DNA of 64,000 nucleotides from Isurus oxyrinchus. Its lineage: Eukaryota. The stretch covers positions 192,014,001 through 192,078,000 of the forward strand of contig JANJGN010000004.1 of assembly GCA_026770705.1 (NCBI GenBank), in the 5' to 3' direction. Shown here in pieces: positions 1-13,500 of this stretch (its first letter is position 1; the number at the start of each line of letters is the position of its first letter). The position numbers and the translations under genes were made by a program. A model generated the notes under the pieces. The model was not told where the DNA came from. It worked only from the letters and a program-made list of their open reading frames with translations, and ran no database searches.

Positions 1-762
1 ACTGCCAGGCAATGACTATCTTCAACATGAGTGAATCTAACCAGCTGCTCTTGACATCCAATGGCATTACCACCACTGAAACCCCCACTATCAACATCCT
101 GGGGATTACCATTGACCAGAAACTGAACTGGACCAGCCATATAAATACTGTGGCTACAAGACCAGGTCAGAGGCTGGGAATTCTGCGGCGAGTAACTCAC
201 CTCCTGACTCCCCAAAGCCTGTCCACCATCTACAAAGCACAAGTCACGAGTGTGATGAACACTCTCCAGTTGCCTGGATGAGTGCAGCTCCAACACCACT
301 CAGGTAGCCCAACACTATCCAGGGCAAAACAGCCCACTTGATTGGCACCCCATCCACCACCTGCAACACCGGCTCCACCACCGATGCACAGTGGCAATAG
401 TGTGTACCATCTACAAAATGCACTGCAGTAATTCACCAAGGCTCCTTCAACAGCACCTTCCAGACCCACGATTGCTGCCACCTCGAAGGACAAGGGCAGC
501 AGATGCATGGAAACACCACCACCTGTAAGTTCCCCTCCAAGCCACACACCATCCTCACTTGGAAATATATTGGCCGTTCCTTCACTGTTGCTGAGTCAAA
601 ATACTAAAACTCCCTTTCTAACAGCACTGCAGATGCACCTACACCACATGGACTGCAGCAGTTCTAGAGGGCAGCTCACTGCCACCTTAAGGGCAATAAG
701 TGATGGGCAATACATTCTGGCCTAGCCAGCAATGCCCAAAACCCATGAAAGAATTAAAAAAA
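1..762 (+). mobile_element. 3' part of APE-RT non-LTR LINE (family A, CR1/L2-group)
   Basis: RT C-terminal peptide PTINILGITIDQKLNW..HINTVAT; 3' tail GGGCAAT..GATGGGCAATA..CTGGCC..CCCATGAA + A-run, shared with other copies in the window. Confidence 0.85.
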
Positions 763-1232
763 GACATACTATGTACATAGGAAATGTCACAGGTTGAAGT
801 AGTGAAAGGTCATGTTAGGATGATACGTGGAAATTCTCCTTCACACTGAGAGTGGTCAACACTTAGATTGGGATCCCTGGACAGAGTGATGGAGGGGTTT
901 TGGGGTGAAATCCTTGAATTGATTTAAGTAACAATTACATTTAGCAATTGACGGGGGAGGTGATGTCGTGTTCTGGATGAATGAATTCAGGTGGGTTTAA
1001 TGGATTTTCTGATCTGTAAGTATCAAAGTTCAAAATGAAGGGTGGAGGGGACATTTTGACCAGGCTGAATCCCATAGTAGGATACAACAGCCTGTCTGGG
1101 ACGGACCTGTGAGAAATATGAGTAGAGTTTTTAAGAATTTATTGTATTGTGAAGTTGAAAAATAAATAACAAGTTGAATCTAAAAATTCTGCACACTGAC
1201 CTGACCCATTCTGATATTTGTTCTTTCCTCAG

Positions 1233-1574
1233 ATGTTGGTAGAAATGACTCAGTGGTGAGCGGGACAGAGGGAAATTCGGTTACATTGCCCTGTATGTTC
1301 ACACCCAATAACTCTTTCACCCTGACCACTGTTACATGGATAAGGAAGGATCCCGACCAAAACGTAGTCACATTTCAAGCCCAATTAAATGGATCATGGA
1401 TAGTTGTAAATGCTGGAAATCGGTACAAGCTTTTCGGGAACCCACAGAAGGGAGACGTGTCAATCATGATAAACCAACTGAACATGACGGACAATTGCAC
1501 TTACCTCTGTGTGGTGGAGTACACAGGACCATCTGATTATCAATATCTGATCCAGAATGAGGCACGAGTGCATG
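1233..1574 (+). CDS. Ig V-set domain exon (phase 1-1), copy A
   Basis: Acceptor ttctttcctcAG at 1231-32, donor GTaaga at 1575; G-x-S-V-T-L-P-C, C-strand W (VTWIR), SI-x-I-x-x-L-x-x-x-D-x-x-x-Y-x-C. Confidence 0.93.
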
Positions 1575-4500
1575 GTAAGAAACCATTCCCACATTCTCCA
1601 GGGTATTGAGCTTTTACAGTGAAGGCCTAACTGAGTCTGTGAACTTTGAGGTTTTTTGATTTGAATATAGTTTGCATGTGCTGATCTTTTTAGTTTCATT
1701 CTGATGTTCTTAAGGAAAGACATTGAGACACACATGTCATTCAGTTCAATCTCCAATTAACTCAACCTTAAGCTGACATTTAGATCATCTCCTCTGGCTG
1801 CAAGGTGCAACATTGTAAGTGTCGCTCTTGATTGAAATGAAAATGTTCACTCCTTCATCCATAATAGTTCCATAGATGGCAGTGTGTTACCCAAATGTCC
1901 ATCTGACTGTGGGAGCATTACAGCCATGTTGGACCTGTCCTAGCCCAGCATTCACACATTCACACATGGATTATCAACAGGGGGCAGTAACACCAAGAGG
2001 GGGAAACCAATGCCAATTCTTCTCTTATTCAACCTGGGGGCAGCTGGAGACAAATGCAGCCCTTACTACTTCTGCTGTTGAGACCAGGTGAGTCAGCACA
2101 GGATCTGGGAACGGCTCTGAGGGATGATTTAGAATATTGGTCTAAACTTATATTCTGTGTCGCATGTAATTAACCAGCTGCCTCCCTGTTGTGTTGTTCT
2201 GGCCTGGAATGTGCTGTCTGAAGGGGTGGTGGAAACAGATTCAATTGTAACTTTCAAAAGGCAATTGGATAAATACTTGGAAGGTAGAAAGTTGCAGGTC
2301 TGTGAGGAAAGGGCAGGGTTGTGGGGCTAACTGGATAGCTCCACCAATGAATGACCGCCTTCTGTTCTGTAAAAGTGTATCATTTTACATGACAGTTCCA
2401 TGGAGCCAGTATCTCCAGTCACATCCATCTTTCACAATTGGTGACCTGAAACAAGAGAGGTAGCAGAGCAAAAACCAAAACAGAAAATGCTGGGAAAACT
2501 CAGCAGGTCTGGCACCATCTGTGGAGAGAGAAACAGAGCTAAGGTTTCAAGTCTTCTTTGGAACTGGAGAGTGGTAGGAATGTGATAGGTTTTATGCTGC
2601 TGAGAAAAGGGGAGGGGTAGGTGGAGCAAAAGGGAAGGTCAGGGTTAGGTCAGAGGGCAGGAAGGGTTAAATATCAAAGATGTCATGGAACACCAGGCAA
2701 TGGGCATGGTAATGATAGTATTAAAGTCACCAAAGCATTGGTTCAGAGCAGGTGTGAAAAGCAGAATAAAAGTTAGCATTGCCAAAGCGAAATAGCAGAA
2801 TGTGTTAATAGCAGATTAAAGGTCAGCGGTGTCTGAAAACCAAAACATAAGAGCAAGGCACAGACTGGCACTTGGTGGTGGGGGGGGGGTGAGGGGGGAA
2901 AATTCAAAATGGAGAACACAGTTCATGGTCCGAAATTGTTGAACTCAATGTTGAGTCCAGAAGGTTGTAAAGTACCCAGTCAGATGAGGTGCTACTTCCT
3001 CCAGTTTGCGTTGAGCTCCACTGAACAACGCAGCAGACCGAGGACAGAAATGTGAGCATAAAACATAAAACCATAGAAAGTCAATGGCACAGAAAGAGGC
3101 CACCTGGCCCATCGAGTCTGCGCTGGCTGGAAAATGAGCCCCCCAGCCTAATCCCACTTCCCAGCATTTGGTCTGTAGCCCTGCAGGTTACGGCACTTGA
3201 GATGCATTTCCAGGCACCTTGTAAAAGAGTTGAGGGCTTCTGTCTCTACCATCCTTTCAGACGGTGAGTTCCAGATCCCCACTACCTTCTGGGTGAAAAA
3301 AAACTTTCCTCATCTTCCCTCTATTCTTTCAACCAATCACTTTAAATCTGTGCCCCTTGGTCGCTGACCTCTCTGCTGAGGTAAATAGGCCCTTCCCATC
3401 CACTCTACCCAAGTAGGCAGGAAGGGGGGAGAGCTGTAGATCTATGACGCCTTCACTTTGTGAACAGACTTCTCCTGATCAGAAACTTCCCCTTTCCAGG
3501 TTAACAAGTCAATAGAAAAGGCAAACACACACGGAGGCTCATTTCTGGAACATAGTTGAAAAGCAAATGGTAAACTTGCATAGAATCTTGGTGTATTATG
3601 CATTGTCCTAGTCAACATATTCTAAAAGCGTATCAAAGAACTGAAGACAGTGCAATAGAAGGTTTTCAAGCATGATACTAGAACTGAGAGATACTACCTA
3701 TTAGGAAAGATTGAACCAGCTTGGAGGGGTGGGGGGGCTCTTCTCTAGAAGAGTGAAGGCTGAGAGTTGAGCTCAATGATCTTTAAGATCAAGTAAGGGG
3801 TTTGATAAGGTAAATGTCAAGAAGATGAATCCAATTGTGGGGAGACCGAAACTAAGGGCCATAAATATTGGAAAGTCACTAACCAATCCGGTGAAAAAAT
3901 ATTTTTTCCCAGAGAGTGGCTAGAATGTGGAACTAACTACCACACAAGGAATAGTTGAGGCAAATAACGTAGATACATTGAAGGGAAAGCTAGATAATAC
4001 ATGAGGGAGCTAGAATAGAAGGATATACAGATAGGATGAGATGAACTATGGTGGGAAGAGACTTGTGTGGGGTGAATGCCCAGTTTATACATTCAATCTA
4101 ATTCTCTGTAGCCTTACTTCAAGTTCCAGTGGAGGCACAGGGGGATCTAAAGTCCCTCTGAGAACCAGGGCTTTCCACCTATTTCCACGAGGGTGCCAAA
4201 ACACACCCCATACATCCAGCTGTATATACTAATGAAAAAAGAGAGAGCTTTCAGTGACATAGCAGCTCTCACACCCTCAGGACATCCCAAAGTGCTTCAT
4301 AGTCAAATAATTACTTCTGAGGTGTAGCAACGTTTATTACTTGGTCAAACACAGCAGCCAATTTCTGTTGGTTAAAGGAATGTTGTCCAGGACCAGTGTT
4401 CCCTCTGAATTTCCTTTGTTTTCTGTGCCCTATTTATTTCAATGTGCGGTACATTTAAATGTGCTGTGTGGTTGCTCGCACGCACGGTATCTTAGAGGAA

Positions 4501-7500
4501 GCATTTTGTGAGCAGCCGGAGTGGTACCTTTCCAATTGCTGCATAGCTACACACTCATGTAGGTTAGCGGGAATCTAGGCAGAATGTTAACAGAATTCCT
4601 TTAAAAAGTGTCACGGGATCTTTAGCATCTGCTCCTGACAGGCAGCCAGGTGCTTGGTTTAACGTCTCAACCGAAATACGACACTTCTGATAACGTAACA
4701 GTGCAATTCATTACAGTATTGACTGTTCAGCCTGGATCAGGTACTCAAGTTATGAAGCTTGAACCTATGGGTTTCTGACAGAGACAAGAGCAGCACCAAC
4801 TGAAACAAGCTGGAGAATGGCTCAAGGGTGAAGACATCCTGAGTTTGAGATGTTGCTTATCAATGGTGTTCTTGCTGTTTTACAGTGAAGCCATCTGATT
4901 CCACCTTCAATATATATTTGCTGCTCATTCCACTGCTGATTCTCCTGCTCATCCTCTTCATCATTTTCATCATCTTCATGAAGAAAGGAGGTGGGTTCTG
5001 TACAGGATGTGGTCGAATAAAACAAGATGGTTCTGTGCTTGAAACAACAACATATGATTGTCCTGGGTTATTTTTTTTCTCACCAATTTTACCCTTTTCC
5101 CTTCATTACCTGAAGATACCGACTTTGTCTTTGGTGGTTGGGCTGGGGGGTGGGGGGGGGAAGTGCTGGCCTGTTTGAAAATCGTCAGCCACTCTTAGGT
5201 ACACGACTCAAGTATGAGCTTTCTGGTGTCAGAATGATTTTACGTTTCAGGTGATTCACAGACAATCCCATTCAAACCCATTATATATAACTCCAATGGA
5301 CTTTCTACTCACACTCACTCTATAGAAACCCAGTGGACCAATCCCTTTCCATTCACACCCACTGTACAGAAACCCAATGAAATAGAAAGGAAGATGCAAT
5401 CCAACAGAAAGGGATAAACTCGCATTCATAGTTTTGGCATTTAAATGATTGGAGTCTGGACATGGTGTCAAAGATAGTTTGGGTAAGAGACTATACACTA
5501 TACAGGGTCTCATGGTTGTATTTTTCTAAAACTGACCTCCCATTCAGGCCTGTGTGGATGTGGCAATGTTCAGTCATCTGTGTTGGGGAAACCCTGCAAG
5601 CCCTTTCTTTTCGCTAGCTGGTCAAATTGGACATGCAAGATGCCTTGGGTACATTGTAGGTCATTGTTGTAATGCACCTTTAAGGGAAGGCAGCATGCCA
5701 TCACTTCAAGGGAAGTGTGTCATCTGATCCAGCCTCAGTTTCTCTTTGGCCTGGAGCAGAACACACGTACACAGCTCTGCAGCATTGTTGTCCTCAAGCT
5801 TTCTGTTCATGTGGATCTGTTCACATGTGCCTAGAATTAATAAATGAATCCCATAATGTGTTTGCACAATCCCTTATGTGTGATTGGTGCTTCTATATCT
5901 TTATTACACACACAACAGTCACAAGCTGCTGAGTTCAGTGATGTTGGTGTTGATGATCTAGAGTATTTAAAATTCTCATTCTTACACTCATGGCCACTCT
6001 GTCCCTATTGCTGTAACCTTTTTGATCCATAGAACCCTCCACAAACTTTTTTCATTGCACTCTAGCCTCTTTTACATCTCCATTTCCTTTACCCCACCAT
6101 TGGTAGCCATTTTCTGCTGTTTAGACCATAATCTCTGGAACCCTCTCCATAAAACTCTCCATCTCTTTACCCCTTTCTCCTTTTTTAAGATTCTCCTTAA
6201 AACTGACCTCTTTGTCCAAGCTTTTGGTCGCCTGTTTTCATATCTCTTTCTGTGGCTCAGTGTCAAATGTTGTTGGGTAACGCTCCTGTGAAGTGCCCTA
6301 TGTTATAGGTGCTATACAATTATAAGTTGCTGTTGTGGAACGAATCAGCTGCCCATCACCCAAATAGAGACAGCTGACGTTGATAAATTAAGGAAAGCCT
6401 TCACGACATTGACATATGCGGATTTGGGTAAGAGCAACAAACCGTAGAATCTTGTGACTGCCATTATGACTCTTGTTGTTTTGTGTTACGAGTAGCAATT
6501 CTCTTGCAAGAGTTGTGAGGAGGATGCAAGGAGGCTGCAAGGAGGCTTCCGGGTGATTTAGACAAGTTGTGTGTGTGGCCAAACACATAGCAGATGCAGT
6601 ATAACATGGATAAATGTGAAGTTATACACTTCAGTGTGAAAAACAGAAAGACAGAGTATTATTTAAATGGTGAGGTATTGGGAAATGTGGATGTACAAAG
6701 GGATCTGGGTGTCCTTGTACACCAGTCACTGAAAGTAAACAGGCAGCTGCAGCAAGCAATTAGGAAGGCAAATGGAATGTTGGCTTTCATTGCAAGAGGA
6801 TTTGAGTTCAGAAGTAGGGATGTCTTACTGCAGTTATACAAAGCTTTGGTGAGACCACACCTGGAGTATTACTAAGAACAAAGAACAAAGTAAAGTACAG
6901 CACAGGAACAGGCCCTTCGGCCTTCCAAGCCTGCGCCAATCATATTGCCTGTCAAACTAAAACATTTTGCAGTTCCAGGGTCCGTATCCCTCTATTCCCA
7001 TCCTATTCATGTATTTGTCAAGCTGCCTCTTAAACACCACTATCGTACCTGCTTCCACCACCTCCTCTGGCAGCGAATTCCAGACACTCACTACCGTCTG
7101 GGTAAAAAACTTGCCCCGCACATCTCCTCTATAGTTTTCTCCTCTCACCTTAAATCTATGTCCCCTATTAATTGACTCTTCCACCCTGGGAAAAAGCTTC
7201 TGACTATCTACTCTGTCCAGGCCACTCATAACTTTGTAAACTTCTATCAAGTCGCCCCTCAATCTCTGTCGCTCTAGTGAGAACAATCTGTCTACATTAC
7301 ATGCAGTTTTGGTCTCCTGACCTAAGAAAGAATATAATTGCCATAGAGGGAGTGCAGTGAAGGTTCACTAGGCTGATACTGGGGATGGCAGGGCTGTCGT
7401 ATGAGGAGAGATTGGTTCGACTGAGCCTATGTTCGCTAGAGTTTAGAAGAATGAGAGGGGATTTGATTGAAACATATAAAGTTCTATCAGGGTTAGACAG

Positions 7501-10500
7501 ACTGGATGCAGGGAGAATGTTTCCCCTGATTGGGGAGTCTAGATCCAGGGGCCACAGTCTTAGGATATAGGTCAGGCCAGTTAGGACTGAGGTGAGGAAA
7601 CATTTCTTCACTCAGAGGGTGGTCAACCTTTGGAATTCTCTACCACAAAAGGCTGTGGAGGCCGGGTCATCGAGTACATTCAAGAAATAAATTGATAAGT
7701 TTTTGGATATTAGGGGCATCAAGGGGTATGGAGAGAAAGTGGGAATATGGCATTGAGATAGAGGATCAGCCATGATCAGATTGAATGATGGAGCAGGCTC
7801 GAAGGGCTGTATGGCCTCCTCCTGGTCCAGTTTCTATGTTTCTATGTTCCAGTAAGGTGATGTTATGACACCCTAAGAGATGTCGGTGTATTTGAACAAC
7901 ATCTTGAAAAGCGGTCTATGTACAAAAACTGTCTTTTCTGGAGATTTACTGGAATGGTACCAGGTTTGGGTCTTCAGTTACTTGGAGAGACTGGAGAAGC
8001 TGGGATTGTTCTCCTTAAAGCAGAGAATGTTAAGGAGAGCTTGAAAGGATGAGTTCAAAGTCATGAAGAGTTTTGATAAAGTAGATATGGAGAAATTGTC
8101 CCCACTGGTAGAAGAGTCAGTAACCAGGGGACGCTGTTTTGAGTAATTTAGCAAAAGAGCCAGATGTGGCCTGAGACTTTTTTCTGCATTGAGTTGTTCT
8201 GATCTGGAATGTATTGGTGATCTGTCCAAGGGCTTGTCATCTGCTCATTTCTCCATATCTCGCCATCTTGTGTGTTCCTCTTTGATTGCTTGTAGGAGCC
8301 TCCCATTGTCATTTTCAGGTTTTTTTTTTCATTCATTCACAGGATGTGGGCTTCACTGGCTTGGCCAATATTTATTGCCCATTCTTAGTTGCCCTTGAGA
8401 AGGTGGTGGTGAGCTGCCTTCTTGAAGTGCTGCAGTCCATGTGGTGTAGGTACACCCACAGTGCTGTTAGGAAGGGAGTTCCAGGGTTTTGACCCAGCGA
8501 CAGTGAAGGAACAACTTGGAGGGGAACTTCCAGGTGGTGGTGATGTTCCCATCTATCTGCTGCCCTTGTCCTTCTAGGTGGTAGTGGTTGTGGGTTTGGA
8601 AGGTGCTGCCTAAGGAGATTTGGTGAATTCTTGCAGTGCATCTTGTAGATGGTACACACTGTTGCTACTGTGCGTCGATGATGAAGGGAGTGAATGTTTG
8701 TGGATGTGGTGCCAATCAAGTGGACTGCTTTGTCCTGGACAGTGTCCAGTTTCTTGAGCATTGTGGGAGCTGCACTCATCCAGGCAAGTGGGGAGCATTC
8801 CATTACTTGTGCCTTGTAGATGGTGGACAGGCTTTAGGGAGTCAGGAGGTAAGTTACTCGCTGCAGGATTCATAGCCTCTGACCTGCTCTTGTAGCCACA
8901 GTATTTAAATGGCTAGACCAGTTCAGTTTCTGGTCAATGGTAACACCCAGGATGTTGATTGTGGGAGATTCAATGATGGTAATGCCATTGAACATTAAGG
9001 TGCGACGTTTGCATTCTCTCTTGTTGGAGATGGTCATTGCCTGACACTTGTGTGGCACAAATGTTACTTGCCACTTGTCAGCCCAAGCCTGGATATTGTC
9101 CGGGTCTTGCTGTATTTGGATGTGGACTGTTTCAGTATCTGAGGAGTCATGATTGGTGCTGAACATTGTTGAATCATCAGTGAAGATCCCCACTTCTGAC
9201 CTTATGGAAGGAAGGTCATTGATGAAGCAGCTGAAGATGGTTGGGCCTGGGACACAACCCTGAGGAACTCCGGCAGTGATGTCCTGGAGCTGAGATGACT
9301 GACCTCCATCAACCACAACCGTCTTCCTTTGTGCTAAGTATGACTCCAACCAGTGCAGAGTTTTCCCCCGATTCCCGTTGTCTCCAGTTTTGCTAGGGCT
9401 CCTTGATGCCACACTCTGTCAAATGCTGCCTTGATGTCAAGGGCAGTCACTCTCACCTCACCTTGGGAGTTCAGTTCTTTTGTCCATGTTTGAACCAAGG
9501 CTGTACTAAGGTCAGGAGCTGAGTGACCCTGGCAGAATCCAAACTGGGCGTCAGTGAGCAGGTTATTGCTAAGCAAGTGCCGCTTGATAGCATTGCTGAT
9601 GACCCTTTCCATTACTTTATTGATGATCGAGAGTAGACTGATGGGGCGGTAATTGGCCGGGTTGGATTTGTCCTGCTTTTTGTGTACAGGACATACCTGG
9701 GCAATTTTCCACATAGCCAGGTAGATTACAATGTCATAGTTGTACTGGAACAGCTTGGCTAGGGGTGCAGCAAGTTCTGGAGCACAGGTCTTCAATACTA
9801 TTGCTGGAGTATTGTCAGGGCTGATAGCCTTTGCCGTGTCCAGTGCCTTCAGCTGTTTTTTGATAACACGTGGAGTGAACTGAATTGGCTGACGACTGGC
9901 ATCTGTGTTGTTGGAGACCTCCGGAGGATGCCAAGATGGATCATCCACTTGGCACTTCTGGCTGAAGATTATTGCAAATGCTTCAGCCTTATCTTTTGCA
10001 CTGATGTGCTGGGCTACTCCATCATTGAGGATGGGGATATTCGTGGAGGCTCCTTCTCAAGTGAGTTATTTAATTGTCCACCACCATTCACGACTGGACA
10101 TGGCAGGACTGCAGAGCTTAGATCTGATCTGTTGGTTGTGGGATCGCTTAGCTCTGTCTATCACTTGCTGCTTATGCTGTTTGGCACACAAGTGGTTCTG
10201 TGGTATAGCTTCACCAGGTTGACACCTCATTTTTAGGTATGCCTGGTGCTGCTCCTGGCATGCCCTCCTGCACTCTTCATTGAACCAGAATTGATCCTTT
10301 GGCTTGATGGTAATGGTAGAGTGGGGGATATGCCGGGCCATGAGGTTACAGATTGTGTTTGAGTACAATTCTGCTGCTGCTGATGGCCCACAGCGCCTCA
10401 TGGATGCCCAGTCTTGAGTTGAGAGATCTGTTTGACCTCTATCCCATTTAGCAGGTAGTGTCACACAACATAATGGAGGCGTGAAGGCGGGACTTCGTCT

Positions 10501-13500
10501 CCACAAGGACTGTGCGGTGGTCACTCCTACTGTTACTGTCATGGACAGATGCATCTGCGGCAGGCAGGTTAGTGAGGATGAAGCCAAATATGTTTTTCTC
10601 TCACCACCTGCTGCAGACCCAGTCTAGCAGCTATGTCCTTTAGGACTCAGCCAGCTTGCTCAGTGGTGGCGCTACCAAACCACTCTTGGTGATGGCCATT
10701 GAAGTCCCCCACCCTGTGTACATTTTGTGCCCTTGCCACCCTCAGTGCTTCCTCCAAGCGGTGCTCGACATGGAGGAGCACTGATTCATGAGTTGAGGGA
10801 GGGTGGTATGTGGTAATCAGCAGGAGCTTTCCTTGCCCATGTTTGACCTGATGCCATGAGACTTCGTGGGGTCCGGAGTTGATGTTGAGGTCTCCCAGGA
10901 CAACACCCTCCCGACTGTATACCACTGTGCCACCACCTCTGGTGGGTCTGTCCTGAATGGTGGGACAGGACATACCCAGGGATGGTGATGGTGGAGTCTG
11001 GACCATTATCTGTAAGATATGATTCTTGAGGATGACTTTGTCAGGTTGTTGCTTGACTAGTCTGTGAGACAGCTCTCCCAATTTTGACACTAGCCTCCAG
11101 ATGTTAGTAAGGGGGACTTTGCAGGATCGCCAGGGCCGAGTTGCCATTGTCGTTCCTGGTGCCTAGGTTGATGCCGAGTGATCCACCTGGTTTCAATCCT
11201 TTTTTGTGACTTTGTAGTGGGTTGTAACAACTGAGTGGTTTGCTAGGCCATTCCAGAGTGCATTTAAGAGTCACATGTGGCCAGACCAGGTAAGGATGAC
11301 AGATTTCCTTCCTTAAAGAACACTAGTGAACCAAATGGGTATTTACAACAATCGCTTCATGGTCATCATTAGACTTTTAATTCCAGATTCTTATTAAATT
11401 CAAATTCCATCATCTGTTGTGGCAGGATTCAAACCCAGATCGCCAGGATATTACCCTGGGTCTCTGGATCACTCATCTAGCGACAATACCACCAAGCCAT
11501 TGCCTCCCCCCTGTCTAACATCATCATTCTCTTTCTCCCTCTTGGTCTCCATCCGTCTAATCTTCCTTCAATCACCTCCTTCAGCAAGCTCTTGGGCTTT
11601 AGGATGTGGCCAATCAAACCTTGTTGCCTTTTCTTGATGATATTCACTAACCATCTTTCCTCCTTCATCATCCTGAGAACTTCTTCGTTGTTCTTGTGTT
11701 CTCTCCAACTGACCCACTCCATCCTTCTCCAGAACAACGTTTCACAACTTTCAATGTCTGTTTTTCTTACGGTCCATGTTTCAGCCTCACATAACAAGAC
11801 ACTCCAAATCCCAGTCCTAATAATTCATTTCGTACAGTCCCTGCTCCTTCTTCTACTGAGAAATTCTTTATGTTTGGTGAATTTTTGCCATTGCTGTTCT
11901 AGCTCTGATTTCTTTCTGGCAGTGACCATCTTCTGACAAGATCCTTCCCAGGGATTTAAATTGGGGTACCCGTTCCAACTGCTGACCATTTACCCCAGCT
12001 TTCTCACCATCATTTCTTCCAATCTTCAGAACTCTCATCTTTTTTACATTAAGCTTTATTCTGTAGGCTTTCACCATTTTGTTCATTCTATCCATTAGAT
12101 CTTCCTGCTGTGTTAGCCACAAGGACCCGGTCGCCTGTAAATCTCACCCCCTTCACCAATTAGCCTCCTACTGAGACACCTTTCTGTTATTCATTTACTG
12201 CTTTATTTTCATACCTTCCATATTGATGTTAAAGAGCAATGATGATGATAGACACCCTTATCTCACCTTGCACATGGTTACTCCAGGTTCACTTTTTCCA
12301 AGTACTGCCCTGATTGTTTCAGCCAATCAGCCCCATGTTCTGAGCTACAAGTATTCTTCTATCCCTTTACTTAACTCTGATTGCCCCAGCATTTTCAACA
12401 GCTTTTGTCAGTTCACCTGGCTGAAAGCTTTTTCATAATCCACAAAGCAGGTGTACACTTCTTGCTGGTATATTCTATGCTTCTTCCACTTTGTACTTTC
12501 ATTACTGTTATAATCTCTAGTTCTGCAGCCCTTTCTAAAATTACATTGATTACAGTCAGCAAAATGCTTTAGTTTCCAACCTATTTGCTAAGATCTTTTA
12601 CATTACCTTGGTGCTTGTGTAGTCAAAAGTGACAGTGCAGTGCTCTTCACATTGTGTGGTATTTGCCTTCATTTCCACTGGGACCATCGTGCTCCTCAAG
12701 AAGTCTTACAGCCATTCTCTCTTTGATTTCATCTCCTTACAGATACTAATCAATTCTCTTGTTGCCTTATTTCCAAGCCCTTTTATTATTTCTGTGGGAC
12801 TTCCATCACATCCTTCTGCTTTTCCTGGTTTCTGTTCTTTTATTCTGTTCTTTTCTAAATTTCATACTCCAGAACATCAGCTCCTTAATCATGCTTGGAA
12901 ATGCCCTTGATGTCTCTGGGTCTAGTTTTGTTGGCTTGCCATCTTTGTCAAGTAGATCTTTGATGTACTTTTTCCATCTATTCTTTACTGCGCCAGCTTC
13001 TATAAGCAGTAATCTGGAATGCACTACCTGAAATAGCAGTGAAAGCAGATTCATTAATTGCCTTCAAAAGGAAATTGGATAAATATGGCAAAAAATATAT
13101 TTACTGGGTTATGAGAAAAGGCCAAGGGAATGGGACTAATTGGAAAGCTGCTCCAAAAGAGCCAACATAGGCACATTGGGCCAAATGACTTCCTTCTGTG
13201 CTGTAAGATTCTTTGATTCTTCTGAAATGAACCAGCTTTTTAATGGAATCACAGAAACAGGAGTGGGCAAGGAAAATAGATAAGAATAAATATAGAGAGA
13301 ACTGGTCGAAACACAAGCTTTCTCATGATAAGTGCATTGTGTTTTTTGCTCAGTGTTGGATGGGATTCCTGCTATTGGTAATCTGGATTGGTCAATAATT
13401 GATATTGGACTGGGCTAGGTAGGGCACTCTTGAGTAAGAGAGTTTAGGCATATCAAACCCTAGACATATTCATACTTAATTGGGCAATTTTTATCCATCG

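Noticed and set aside
1233-1620. Rearranging Ig/TCR V segment
   Set aside because: No heptamer-nonamer RSS after the V region; the exon includes its own G strand and ends in a splice donor
4991-5178. Read-through tail of ORF 4885-5178 (and 1575-1609 after the V exon)
   Set aside because: Begins at a canonical GT donor; intronic
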